A DNA stretch of 64,000 nt from Limisphaerales bacterium. GTDB lineage: Bacteria; Verrucomicrobiota; Verrucomicrobiia; Limisphaerales; UBA1100. The notes under the pieces are model-generated. The model made no database searches. It had not been told where the DNA came from and was given only the letters and a program-made list of their open reading frames with translations. This document shows positions 1-8,604 of the stretch, one piece after another. The stretch is taken from the NCBI GenBank assembly GCA_014382585.1, contig JACNJL010000018.1, positions 22,217-86,216 of the forward strand, given 5' to 3'. The first letter of the stretch is position 1. Every line of letters starts with the position of its first letter. A program made the position numbers and the translations under genes.

Positions 1-347
1 GCAATGTCGATAAGATAGTAGTCGGCAGTATTTTGTGCGGGTTGATTTCCGAAGGAGTAGTAATAGGGGAAAAACTTTAAAGTCAGTTTATCTGTTTTTG
101 TTTCTAACATATGCGCCATTAAGAGAGATTCCATATCCCATGTAAAACCCCACTGAAAATCCACATTTACCAGGCCGTATAAATCCAATGGCAATCCTGT
201 TTCTGACTCAAGGAAAAGTCCAATTTCAGGTGGTTTGTTGGAGTCTTGTGGTGGCTGGTTATACTTTGTAATGTTCGGGAAACCTTGCGCATTCACATTC
301 CAAGTTAGGGCCACTAAGGCCACCAGTGTTAGTAGTATTTTTTTCAT
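1..347 (-). CDS. Partial hypothetical secreted protein; its C-terminal part lies beyond the window edge
   Basis: My own reverse-strand translation from the ATG at 347-345 reads MKKILLTLVALVALTWNVNAQGFPNITKYNQPPQDSNKPPEIGLFLESETGLPLDLYGLVNVDFQWGF... and stays open to nt 1 (115 codons). The N-terminus looks like a signal peptide. It is absent from the ORF track because no stop lies in the window. The segment is AT-rich compared with the rest. Confidence 0.5.
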   Translation of the reverse strand, partial: MKKILLTLVALVALTWNVNAQGFPNITKYNQPPQDSNKPPEIGLFLESETGLPLDLYGLVNVDFQWGFTWDMESLLMAHMLETKTDKLTLKFFPYYYSFGNQPAQNTADYYLIDI

Positions 348-664
348 AGTCTGTATCTTTCCGTATTCAGGTTAAGAGAGAACAACATAGCCCTCTACCT
401 ATATATTCGCATTTGAGGCCCAGATTTATACAAATTTTTACAATTATTTTCACGCTGAACACAAAACCCCACAAAAACGGTACTCAAACAACAAAAAAAC
501 TTTTGGACGTAGCCCCAAGTCTCACACCCCCAATCGCTCTAAAATCGCAAAATGTGTGAAAGCCATCAAAAGGCAGATGCAGCCTGTGCGAAGGGATCCT
601 TTAAATCGCTTTGCTCGAATGTCCTTTCCTTCCTGATGGTTTTGGGGGGATATTTTGCGCGGCG

Positions 665-2500
665 ATGAATTTGGAGCAGGGGATTGTGTTGGGCGTGATT
701 GCGATGACCTTTGGGTTGTTCGCGTGGGGGAAGTGGCGCTACGACGTGGTGGCGGTGATCGCGCTGTTCTCGTTGGTGGTGGGGGATGTGGTGCTGGAAA
801 AAATCCTGCGGCGTGAGGAATCCAATCTCATTGATCCCGATCACGCGCTGGACGGGTTTGGGCACGCGGCGGTGATTACGGTGGCGGCGGTTTTGGTGAT
901 TAGCCGGGCGTTGCGCAATTCGGGTGTGGTGGATCTCATCGCGCGTCGGCTGATGCCGCTGGCCAAAAATCAATTACTGCACATCACCAGCTTGTGCGTG
1001 GTGGCGGCGGTGCTCTCGGCGTTTATGAATAACGTGGGCGCGTTGGCGTTGCTGCTGCCGGTGGCCCTGAAAACGGCCAGTGAGCAAAACCGATCGCCCA
1101 CGCTGATTCTGATGCCGCTGGCGTTTGCCAGTATTCTGGGTGGGATGATCACGATGATCGGCACGCCGCCTAATATTATTATTTCCATTTTCCGTGAGGA
1201 ACACACGGCGGCGGGCGAGGCGTTTGGGATGTTCGCCTTTTCGCCGGTGGGCGGAATGGTGGCGTTGTTCGGCGTGGCGTTCGTGGCGTTGATTGGTTGG
1301 CGGTTGATTCCGAAGGACGCGCAGAAAAAATCCGGCACGGAGGAATTATTTGCGCTCAATGAATACATCACCGAAGTGCGCGTGCCGGAGGATTGCAAGT
1401 TTGTGGGCAAGACGCTGGGTGAGGTGGAAAAGGAAACGGGCGAGAAGATGATGGTGTTCGGGTTCATCCGCAAGGATGGCAAAGTGATTTCGCCGAACCG
1501 AAACAATCTCGTGCGGGCGGATGCGCGTTATTTGGTGAAAGTGGATCCGCTGGATTTACAGGTGATTATGGATGAATCCGGCCTGCGTTTGGCCAAAGAA
1601 CTGCGCGCGAGGATGGATAGCATCGAGGGGGACGACGTGACCTTTAGTGAGGTGTTGGTGACGCCCACTTCGCATTTGCTGGGCCGCACGCGGGCGGAAT
1701 TACGGCGGCGCACTTCGGGAAGTGTGGTGCTGATGGCGGTGGCGCGGCAAGGGCAGCCGATGCGCAAACGACTGGGCGACATCGAGTTTCGAGTGGGCGA
1801 CGTGCTGCTCCTGCAGGGCAACGGCGACGATCTCAAGGAGCACGTGATTAATCTGCACTTGTTGCCGCTGGCGGAGCGTGAATTGCAGGTGGGCATCTTC
1901 TCCAAAGTAAGCGTCGCGGTGGGCATCTTTGGCGCGGCGATCGCGTTGAGTATGTTTGATGTGTTGCCCACCACGCTGGCTTTTCTCGGCGCGATTATCG
2001 CTTATGTGTTTTTGGGCATTTTGCCGATGCGTGATTTGTATCGCCAAATCGATTGGCCAGTCATCGTTTTATTGGGGGCGATGATCCCCGTGAGCGGCGC
2101 GTTGCAGGATACGGGGCTCACTGATAAAATCGCCGACATTGTCAACGACCACAAAGGCAATGTGCCCGCGTGGGGGATCCTCGCGGTTTTGATGGTGCTG
2201 ACGATGACCCTCTCCGACGTGATCAACAATGCCGCGACCGCGCTCATTATGGCCCCCATCGGGGTGGGCATCGCGCTGCAAATGGGCGCGAGTCCCGATC
2301 CCTTCCTGATGGCCGTGGCGGTGGGCGCTTCGTGCGCGTTTCTCACACCCATCGGTCACCAGTGCAACGCGCTCATCCTCGGTCCGGGTGGGTATCGATT
2401 TGGCGATTATTGGCGGATGGGTTTGCCGCTGGAAGTGCTGATTGTGGCGGGGAGCGTGCCCTTGATTTTATATCGATTCCCGCTGTTCCCCGGCGGTTAA
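665..2500 (+). CDS. SLC13/DASS-type anion permease with central tandem TrkA-C (RCK_C) domains
   Basis: 629-aa track ORF. It has permease repeat motifs LSAFMNNVGALALLLPVA and TLSDVINNAATALIMAPIG, plus a soluble middle region (EYITEVRVPEDCKFVGKTLGE..., FSEVLVTPTSHLLGRT) typical of TrkA-C inserts. The start was moved to the in-frame ATG at 665 (MNLEQGIVLGV...), directly before the first TM helix. Confidence 0.8.
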   Translation: MNLEQGIVLGVIAMTFGLFAWGKWRYDVVAVIALFSLVVGDVVLEKILRREESNLIDPDHALDGFGHAAVITVAAVLVISRALRNSGVVDLIARRLMPLAKNQLLHITSLCVVAAVLSAFMNNVGALALLLPVALKTASEQNRSPTLILMPLAFASILGGMITMIGTPPNIIISIFREEHTAAGEAFGMFAFSPVGGMVALFGVAFVALIGWRLIPKDAQKKSGTEELFALNEYITEVRVPEDCKFVGKTLGEVEKETGEKMMVFGFIRKDGKVISPNRNNLVRADARYLVKVDPLDLQVIMDESGLRLAKELRARMDSIEGDDVTFSEVLVTPTSHLLGRTRAELRRRTSGSVVLMAVARQGQPMRKRLGDIEFRVGDVLLLQGNGDDLKEHVINLHLLPLAERELQVGIFSKVSVAVGIFGAAIALSMFDVLPTTLAFLGAIIAYVFLGILPMRDLYRQIDWPVIVLLGAMIPVSGALQDTGLTDKIADIVNDHKGNVPAWGILAVLMVLTMTLSDVINNAATALIMAPIGVGIALQMGASPDPFLMAVAVGASCAFLTPIGHQCNALILGPGGYRFGDYWRMGLPLEVLIVAGSVPLILYRFPLFPGG

Positions 2501-2578
2501 TCAACAGGCTTGCGCAAAGGGAGGCGATGGTGTTTGCTCAACCGCACACAACCCCTGCACTGCGGTGCAACGAAACCC

Positions 2579-3310
2579 ATGATGATTCACGTGATGCGCG
2601 ACGGGCAGCAATTCGGCCCGTACACCCTTGAAGATGTAAACGCTTATTTGGCGCAAGGGACTTTGTTGGCTACTGATCAGGCGTGGTACGAAGGCGCGCC
2701 CGATTGGATGCTCATCACCCAAGTGCCTGGCGTAGCCAGCCCCGGTGCGGCTCCCGCCCCGGAGATTGCTGCGCCCGTGGCAGCCGCCGTCGATCCTATG
2801 GCTGCGGCCAATCCCGCCGTTGCCGCAGCGGATGCCGCAACGGTGTCTGCCGCCAATCAAGGCGGCAAGAAAAAGAAAATCATGATCATCGCCGGTTCTG
2901 CCGTGGGCGTGTTGGCGATTGCGGGGGTGCTGTGTTTTGTGTATCCGGGATTTTTGAAGGACGATGCAGGGGAGGGTGGCGGTGATGAAGGCGGCGGCAA
3001 TGCGGGTGGCGGAGGTGGTGGAGGCGGCGAAACGTTTGCTGCTGTGGTAGAACCCATTTTGAAAAAAAGTACATGCTACAATTGCCACGATGGACAAGAT
3101 CCAGAAGACAAAGCCAATCGGGCGCTTAACCTGACAAAGAATGATTCTATTTTGGCGGATGTTACTCCAGGTAACCCGGGGGACAGTGAGTTGATTTCGC
3201 GTTTGAAGGACGCCGGTAATTCAATGCCGCCGGAGGGGAAAGGGGAGATGTTATCTGCCGATGACGTCGCCAAAATCGAAGCGTGGATCAAAGCCGGCGC
3301 TAAATTTTAG
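2579..3310 (+). CDS. Membrane-anchored protein: N-terminal GYF_2 (DUF4339)-like domain, one TM helix, Gly-rich linker, C-terminal CxxCH planctomycete-type cytochrome c domain
   Basis: The N-terminus MMIHVMRDGQQFGPYTLEDVNAYLAQGTLLATDQAWYEGAPDWMLITQVPGV has the GYF_2 pattern. A TM helix follows (IMIIAGSAVGVLAIAGVLCFVY), then GGGDEGGGNAGGGGGGGGE. The C-terminus has CYNCHDG ... MPPEGK ... AKIEAWIKAGA (PSCyt1-like heme c motif). The start was trimmed to the ATG at 2579. Confidence 0.6.
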   Translation: MMIHVMRDGQQFGPYTLEDVNAYLAQGTLLATDQAWYEGAPDWMLITQVPGVASPGAAPAPEIAAPVAAAVDPMAAANPAVAAADAATVSAANQGGKKKKIMIIAGSAVGVLAIAGVLCFVYPGFLKDDAGEGGGDEGGGNAGGGGGGGGETFAAVVEPILKKSTCYNCHDGQDPEDKANRALNLTKNDSILADVTPGNPGDSELISRLKDAGNSMPPEGKGEMLSADDVAKIEAWIKAGAKF

Positions 3311-3328
3311 CGTACGAGAGGGGCGGCG

Positions 3329-4003
3329 ATGTTGATTCACGTAAGCCGCGACGGAGAACAGTTTGGCCCTTATACGTTGGAGGACGCCAACGCGTATCTC
3401 GTTCAAGGCTCGCTGTTGCCTACGGATCAGGCGTGGTTTGAGGGCACGGCGGATTGGATTCCGATCACTGACGTGCCGGGGATTGAATGGAGGAGCACGC
3501 CGATGGTTGCATCGGCGGTAGCAGCAACGGGAGGCGAATCAAAGACCTTTTTGTACGCGGGCATCGCAGCGGGTGTGTTGGTGATTTTCGGCGTGGTGGG
3601 GTGGGGCTATCCGGGGGTGTTCAAGAAAAAAGAACCATCGACAGCTGCGGATGCTGACTCTGCTGATAAACCAAAGAATCCCTCCAAATCAATCTCAAGC
3701 GCATCCGACTCCACAAGTTTTGCAAAAACGGCCGAGCCGATTTTTCGCAAGTACGGTTGCTTCGATTGCCACAGCTCCAAGGAAAGCAATAAGGTGGAGG
3801 CAGATTTTGACTTGAGCGATCGCACTACGTGGAAAGCGTTTCTCTCGCCCAATCAAAAAGGCAATCCGGTCACCACGCCGCTCGTGCTTGCCATCACGGC
3901 CACCGACGCCAATGGTAAACCCATGCCCCCGCGCGGCAATCGCGTGAGCGATGCGGAGGTGGAGAGGATTAAAAAATGGATCGTCTCGGAATGGGGAATG
4001 TAG
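3329..4003 (+). CDS. Paralog of the preceding gene: GYF_2-like domain, TM helix, C-terminal CxxCH cytochrome c-like domain
   Basis: MLIHVSRDGEQFGPYTLEDANAYLVQGSLLPTDQAWFEGTADWIPITDVPGI is near-identical in pattern to the upstream gene. It has a TM helix (FLYAGIAAGVLVIFGVVGWGY) and a C-terminal CFDCHSS ... MPPRGN ... ERIKKWI. It lies 18 nt downstream of the previous stop. Confidence 0.6.
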   Translation: MLIHVSRDGEQFGPYTLEDANAYLVQGSLLPTDQAWFEGTADWIPITDVPGIEWRSTPMVASAVAATGGESKTFLYAGIAAGVLVIFGVVGWGYPGVFKKKEPSTAADADSADKPKNPSKSISSASDSTSFAKTAEPIFRKYGCFDCHSSKESNKVEADFDLSDRTTWKAFLSPNQKGNPVTTPLVLAITATDANGKPMPPRGNRVSDAEVERIKKWIVSEWGM

Positions 4004-4093
4004 CTCGAGCCGGTGGGCCGGGTGATTGATGGCTAAAAGATGATGGTTGATGGAAATCAATCGTCAATGTTCACTCGTCATTCGTAAATCAAG

Positions 4094-4618
4094 TCACTGC
4101 TTCGAAAGTTTTTCCAGCTGCGCTCGTAAGGGTTCCAAATCGGGATCCACTGAGGCGGCATTTTTCACGGCGTTGGAATCCACTTCAAGCGCGGAGGCGA
4201 GTTCCTCGGCAGCTTCGTGGATGCGGCCCATTTGCGCGAGGTAACAGGCCAGATTATACGGAATCACCCATTGATCAGGAAAACTATCGCGGACGTGGTA
4301 AAGCAAATCAAAGGCTTCCTCCGTGCGCTCGAGTTCGTGCAGCGCGAACGAGCGATGGATCCAGCCGCCGGGTCGGTCGGGAGCCTCTTGCACCAAGAGG
4401 TCGGCAGTCTTGACACAAGCGGGCCAGTTATGTTCCTGCGCGAAAAGTAGCCAGCTCACTTCGAGCACGTCCGGATGGCTCAACCGGTTCTCGGCGATGT
4501 GCTCCAACTCAGCCAGCGCTTCGGCGGGGTTGCCCAATTCCAGCCAGCCCTCCGCGGCGCGGAGGTGATGTCGTTCGGCTGGTTTGAGCGTTTTCATTGT
4601 TTGTAAAATCTGCGGCAA
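4094..4618 (-). CDS. Small TPR-repeat protein
   Basis: 174 aa made of helical repeats with TPR-like spacing (WLELGNPAEALAELEHI, IPYNLACYLAQMGRIHEAAEELASALEVD). Confidence 0.55.
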   Translation of the reverse strand: MPQILQTMKTLKPAERHHLRAAEGWLELGNPAEALAELEHIAENRLSHPDVLEVSWLLFAQEHNWPACVKTADLLVQEAPDRPGGWIHRSFALHELERTEEAFDLLYHVRDSFPDQWVIPYNLACYLAQMGRIHEAAEELASALEVDSNAVKNAASVDPDLEPLRAQLEKLSKQ

Positions 4619-4720
4619 ATTATAGTTGGTTTTGTAATCAATTCTATTGGACGGGCGCGGGACGATTCGCTAGAGTTCACAGACCTGCGCCTGACTCAAT
4701 ATACTCCAAAAACACAAAAT

Positions 4721-6136
4721 ATGCAAAACGGCAATGAACTGACTTTTCGGGAGAATGTTGATCGAATGTTCGATCGAGCCGCCGCCACACTCGATTTGCC
4801 AATGGGATTGGCCGATCAAATCCGCACCTGCAACGGCGTGTATCAGATGAAATTTGGAGTTGAGTTGCGCGGAGGTTATCAAGTCATCACCGGCTGGCGC
4901 GCGGTACACAGCGAACATCAACTGCCGGTGAAAGGCGGCATCCGGTACGCGTATTTTGCAAATCAGGAAGAAGTGGAAGCGCTCGCGGCGTTGATGAGTT
5001 ACAAGTGCGCGATCGTCGACGTGCCCTTCGGCGGTTCCAAAGGCGCGCTCCGCATTCGCCCCAAAGATTATAGCGAGGAAGAACTCGAACACATTACCCG
5101 TCGCTTTACCGTGGAATTGGCCAAGCGCGGGCTGATCAATCCCGGCCTCAACGTGCCTGCGCCGGATATGGGCACGGGAGAGCGCGAGATGGCGTGGATG
5201 GCGGATGAGTATCGCCAACTTTTCCCCAACGACATCAACGGCTTCGGCTGTGTGACTGGCAAACCGGTTTCGATGGGCGGCATTCTCGGGCGCACGGAAG
5301 CTACCGGCCGCGGCGTGCAGTTTGGATTACGCGAATTTTTCCGGCATCCGGAGGATGTGAAATCCGCCGGGCTCACCGGCGATCTCGGCGGCAAAACGAT
5401 GGTCGTCCAAGGCCTCGGCAACGTGGGCTATCACGCCTCAAAATTTTTCAGTGAAGAAGATGGAGTGAAAATCACCGCCGTCATTGAGCGTGACGGTGCG
5501 GTGATTAATGACGACGGCCTCGACATCGAGGCCCTCTATCAACACAAGCTGGAAACCGGCGGTGTGAATGGATTCCCCGGTGCGGAACACATCGAAGATG
5601 GCGCGCCGGTTTTGGAAAAGGAGTGCGACATTCTGCTGCCCGCCGCGATGGAAGGCCAAATCACTCAAAAAAACGCCGGCCGCATCCAAGCCAAAATCAT
5701 CGCTGAAGCCGCCAATGGCCCCGTGACGTTTAATGCCGATCAAACCCTCCGCGAACGCGGCGTGGTCATTATTCCTGATGCATTTTTAAATGCCGGCGGT
5801 GTGACGGTATCTTATTTTGAATGGATCAAAAACCTCTCACACATTCGTTTCGGCCGAATGGAGCGGCGTTACGAGGAAGCCAAAGGCCGCGCGCTCGTCG
5901 AAGCCATCGAGGAAGCCGTTGGCAAAAAAGTCAGCGACAGCATCACCCAACGCCTCATCCAAGGCGCAGACGAACTCACCCTCGTCCGCTCCGGCCTCGA
6001 TGACACCATGCGCGAAGCGTATAATACGATTGCCGAGATTCATCGTTCTCGCGATGCTGTGGAAGATTTGCGCACGGCTGCTTTTGTGCGCGCCATCGAA
6101 AAAATTGCACACTGCTACAGCAGCATGGAATTATGA
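4721..6136 (+). CDS. gdh: Glu/Leu/Phe/Val dehydrogenase family enzyme, most likely glutamate dehydrogenase
   Basis: 471 aa. It has the catalytic-region motifs PVKGGIRY and VPFGGSKGAL, and the Rossmann motif VVQGLGNVGYH. Confidence 0.85.
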   Translation: MQNGNELTFRENVDRMFDRAAATLDLPMGLADQIRTCNGVYQMKFGVELRGGYQVITGWRAVHSEHQLPVKGGIRYAYFANQEEVEALAALMSYKCAIVDVPFGGSKGALRIRPKDYSEEELEHITRRFTVELAKRGLINPGLNVPAPDMGTGEREMAWMADEYRQLFPNDINGFGCVTGKPVSMGGILGRTEATGRGVQFGLREFFRHPEDVKSAGLTGDLGGKTMVVQGLGNVGYHASKFFSEEDGVKITAVIERDGAVINDDGLDIEALYQHKLETGGVNGFPGAEHIEDGAPVLEKECDILLPAAMEGQITQKNAGRIQAKIIAEAANGPVTFNADQTLRERGVVIIPDAFLNAGGVTVSYFEWIKNLSHIRFGRMERRYEEAKGRALVEAIEEAVGKKVSDSITQRLIQGADELTLVRSGLDDTMREAYNTIAEIHRSRDAVEDLRTAAFVRAIEKIAHCYSSMEL

Positions 6137-6155
6137 TGAACTCTGCCTGTTGGGG

Positions 6156-7385
6156 TTAATGCTGAAATTTCCAAAGATGTTCGGCGGTGCGTATGAAGAG
6201 CGCCCCGTCAGCGACTGCGGGGGAAGCGAGCGCGCGTGCGCCTAGGTTGTTTTTTGCGAGGACCGTAAATTTTTTCCCGGCGGCAACGACCGTCACCACC
6301 CCGGCTTCGTTGGTGAAATATAATTTTCCATCCGCAAAAATAGGAGAAGCTGAATGGCCGCCGCCGAATCGTTCACTCCAAATCACTTTGCCGGTTATGG
6401 CATCAATACAACTGCCGATCCCGCCATCGGATACCATATAAAGTTCAGTGCCCACCAGCAACATACTCGGCGTGTGCGGAGCGCCTTTTGTCAGGGTCCA
6501 CGCCAAATGAGAATCAGTCACGTCACCTTTGCCGCCGAGCTTCACTGCGATTGCCTTGGCACGGTCGAAGCCCGTGCTAAAAAAAACCATTCCGTGCCCG
6601 ACCACCGGCCGGGGAACCACTGAATATCCGTCGAATGTGGCCCGCCAAATTTCATTACCGGTGTCCGGGTGGTACGCGCCGATCATGTCGCTGCCCGGGA
6701 GCAGGAGTTGAGTGCCGGCTCCCGTTCGCAGCACGAGTGGCGTGCTGAACGAAAACTTTCGTTTTGCGTTTACACTGCGGTTTACGCGCCAGGCAATTTT
6801 TCCGTTTTCCGCATCAAGTGCCACCACAAACGGGTTCTTTGATCCATCACAGCTGAATATTAATTTGCCATTCACCAATACGGGCGTGCCGCCATTGCCG
6901 TGGACTGATGAGTATTTTAAGGTTTCATTTTTCCAAACTGTTTTCCCCGTGAGATCAAGGCAGACAGTGCCCATGTCGCCGAAGTGTGCATAGATATGAT
7001 TCCCGCTGACAATGGGTGAGGGGCTTGCCTGAGTATTTTTTCGGTGGGTGCGTGAAGCTTTTGCCACATTGATGAGCGGTTGATTCCAGACGATCCGACC
7101 TGTCCGCGCATCAAGGCACAGGGCGTTGAGCGAAAAACCGTCGCCCACGGGGAGGGCAGAGGTAAGATAGATTTTCCCTTTCACAATTGCCGGCGTACTC
7201 CAGCCAGATCCAGGTACCGGGACTTTCCATTTGAGATTTTTATTGGCCCCAAACTCGATCGGCAGCTTTTGTGCATCCGCATGGCCTTGTGCGCCGGGGC
7301 CGCGAAACTCGGGCCAATCTTCAGCGCTAGCGACAAATGAATTCAGAGACAAAATTGTGACGAATAAAAAAACAGCGCGTTTCAT
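6156..7385 (-). CDS. Secreted PQQ-like beta-propeller repeat protein (BamB-like fold)
   Basis: The signal peptide MKRAVFLFVTILSLNSFVASA is followed by DWPEFRGPG and repeated G-hydrophobic-hydrophobic-Y/F propeller blades (IVKGKIYLTS, VSGNHIYAHF, VGHGMVFFST, ADGKLYFTN, ADGALFIRT). The start was trimmed from the track's 7694 to the ATG at 7385. Confidence 0.7.
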   Translation of the reverse strand: MKRAVFLFVTILSLNSFVASAEDWPEFRGPGAQGHADAQKLPIEFGANKNLKWKVPVPGSGWSTPAIVKGKIYLTSALPVGDGFSLNALCLDARTGRIVWNQPLINVAKASRTHRKNTQASPSPIVSGNHIYAHFGDMGTVCLDLTGKTVWKNETLKYSSVHGNGGTPVLVNGKLIFSCDGSKNPFVVALDAENGKIAWRVNRSVNAKRKFSFSTPLVLRTGAGTQLLLPGSDMIGAYHPDTGNEIWRATFDGYSVVPRPVVGHGMVFFSTGFDRAKAIAVKLGGKGDVTDSHLAWTLTKGAPHTPSMLLVGTELYMVSDGGIGSCIDAITGKVIWSERFGGGHSASPIFADGKLYFTNEAGVVTVVAAGKKFTVLAKNNLGARALASPAVADGALFIRTAEHLWKFQH

Positions 7386-7482
7386 TGGCGAGATTGTGGG
7401 CGCGTCGATGGGTCGCGTCAAGTAGTGCTGCCGGGTTAATCGTTGTTTTTTTTGTGAAAATTTTGCACGGTCTTTTTTTACG

Positions 7483-8583
7483 ATGTCTGTTCTTGAATTA
7501 AAACCCGCTGTCCAGTGCCGGCATGATCTCGTTGCGCTGGGTGAAATTATGCTGCGACTGGATCCCGGCGAAGGTCGCGTGCGCACGGCACGGCAGTTTG
7601 ATGCGTGGGAAGGCGGCGGCGAATATAACGTGGCTCGCGGTTTGCGGCGGTGCTTCGGGCTGCGCACGGCGGTGGTGTCGGCTTTTGCGGACAATGAGGT
7701 GGGGCGGTTGGTGGAGGACTTTATTCTGCAAGGCGGCGTGGGGGTGGATTACCTCCAGTGGCGCGACTACGACGGCATCGGTCGCAGGGTGCGCAACGGG
7801 CTCAATTTCACTGAACGCGGCTTTGGGATTCGTGGTGCGAAAGGTGTGCCCGATCGCGGCAACACTGCAGCGGCACAGCTCAAAAAAGGAGACATTAACT
7901 GGCAGAAAATTTTTGGTGAAGATGGCTCACGTTGGTTTCACACGGGCGGAATTTTCGCTGCGCTTAGCGACACCACACCCGAGGTTGTTATCGAGGCGGT
8001 GCAAGCGGCCAAACAACATGGCACGATTGTTTCGTACGATTTGAATTACCGGCCAAGTCTGTGGGAAGGCATTGGCGGCCACGCCAAGGCGCAGGAGGTG
8101 AACCGTGAAATTGCCAAGCACGTGGATGTGATGATTGGCAACGAAGAGGATTTCACAGCGTGCCTCGGCTTTGAGGTGGAAGGCGTGGATGAAAATATTT
8201 CGAGCATCGAAGTGGACGCTTTTAAAACAATGATCAGCACGGCCGTGGAGGTATTCCCGAATTTCAAAGCCACGGCCACTACACTGCGCGCTGTGCAAAG
8301 CGCCACGATTAATGATTGGGGCGCTATCTGTTGGGCGGATGGTGATTTTTATGAAGCCGCAAATCGCGAGGGGTTGGAAATTCTCGATCGCGTGGGCGGT
8401 GGTGACAGTTTTGCCAGCGGGTTAATTTATGGATTCCTTGCCACCGGCGATCCTCAACAAGCGGTTGAATACGGTGCCGCCCACGGTGCGCTAGCGATGA
8501 CCACGCCCGGCGACACCTCAATGGCCACTTTGGTAGAAGTCGAGCGATTGATGTCCGGTGGTGGCGCGCGAGTGCAGCGGTAG
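7483..8583 (+). CDS. PfkB-family sugar kinase (2-dehydro-3-deoxygluconokinase-like)
   Basis: 366 aa. The N-terminal LVALGEIMLRLDP and the C-terminal signature DRVGGGDSFASGLIYGFL are typical of PfkB/ribokinase-like kinases. Confidence 0.7.
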   Translation: MSVLELKPAVQCRHDLVALGEIMLRLDPGEGRVRTARQFDAWEGGGEYNVARGLRRCFGLRTAVVSAFADNEVGRLVEDFILQGGVGVDYLQWRDYDGIGRRVRNGLNFTERGFGIRGAKGVPDRGNTAAAQLKKGDINWQKIFGEDGSRWFHTGGIFAALSDTTPEVVIEAVQAAKQHGTIVSYDLNYRPSLWEGIGGHAKAQEVNREIAKHVDVMIGNEEDFTACLGFEVEGVDENISSIEVDAFKTMISTAVEVFPNFKATATTLRAVQSATINDWGAICWADGDFYEAANREGLEILDRVGGGDSFASGLIYGFLATGDPQQAVEYGAAHGALAMTTPGDTSMATLVEVERLMSGGGARVQR

Positions 8584-8604
8584 GGGGGCGCAGGGTTCCC
8601 CTAC
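8580..8604. terminator. Weak candidate bidirectional hairpin between convergent genes
   Basis: The stem gtagggg (8580-8586) pairs with cccctac (8598-8604) around an 11-nt loop. It overlaps both stop codons and has no clear T-run. Confidence 0.25.

Noticed and set aside
566-973. 135-aa minus-strand ORF rich in His/Arg that overlaps the SLC13 start
   Set aside because: Its composition (HRNHRR...) is typical of an antisense frame of G+C-rich membrane-protein genes, and it conflicts with the well-supported permease.
2857-3057. 66-aa minus-strand ORF encoding a poly-Pro run (PPPPPPPPALPPPSSPPPSP)
   Set aside because: It is simply the reverse complement of the Gly-rich linker (GGN codons) of the GYF-cytochrome gene.
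6557-6571. Sigma-54-like element TGGCACGGTCGAAGC with correct GG-N10-GC spacing
   Set aside because: It lies on the + strand inside the minus-strand PQQ-propeller coding region, about 900 nt from the next + strand gene. It is most likely a chance match.
7386-7694. 5' extension of the PQQ-propeller ORF (103 extra codons)
   Set aside because: The extension is Arg/Ser/Pro-rich and overlaps the divergent kinase gene start. A clean signal peptide begins at the ATG at 7385.
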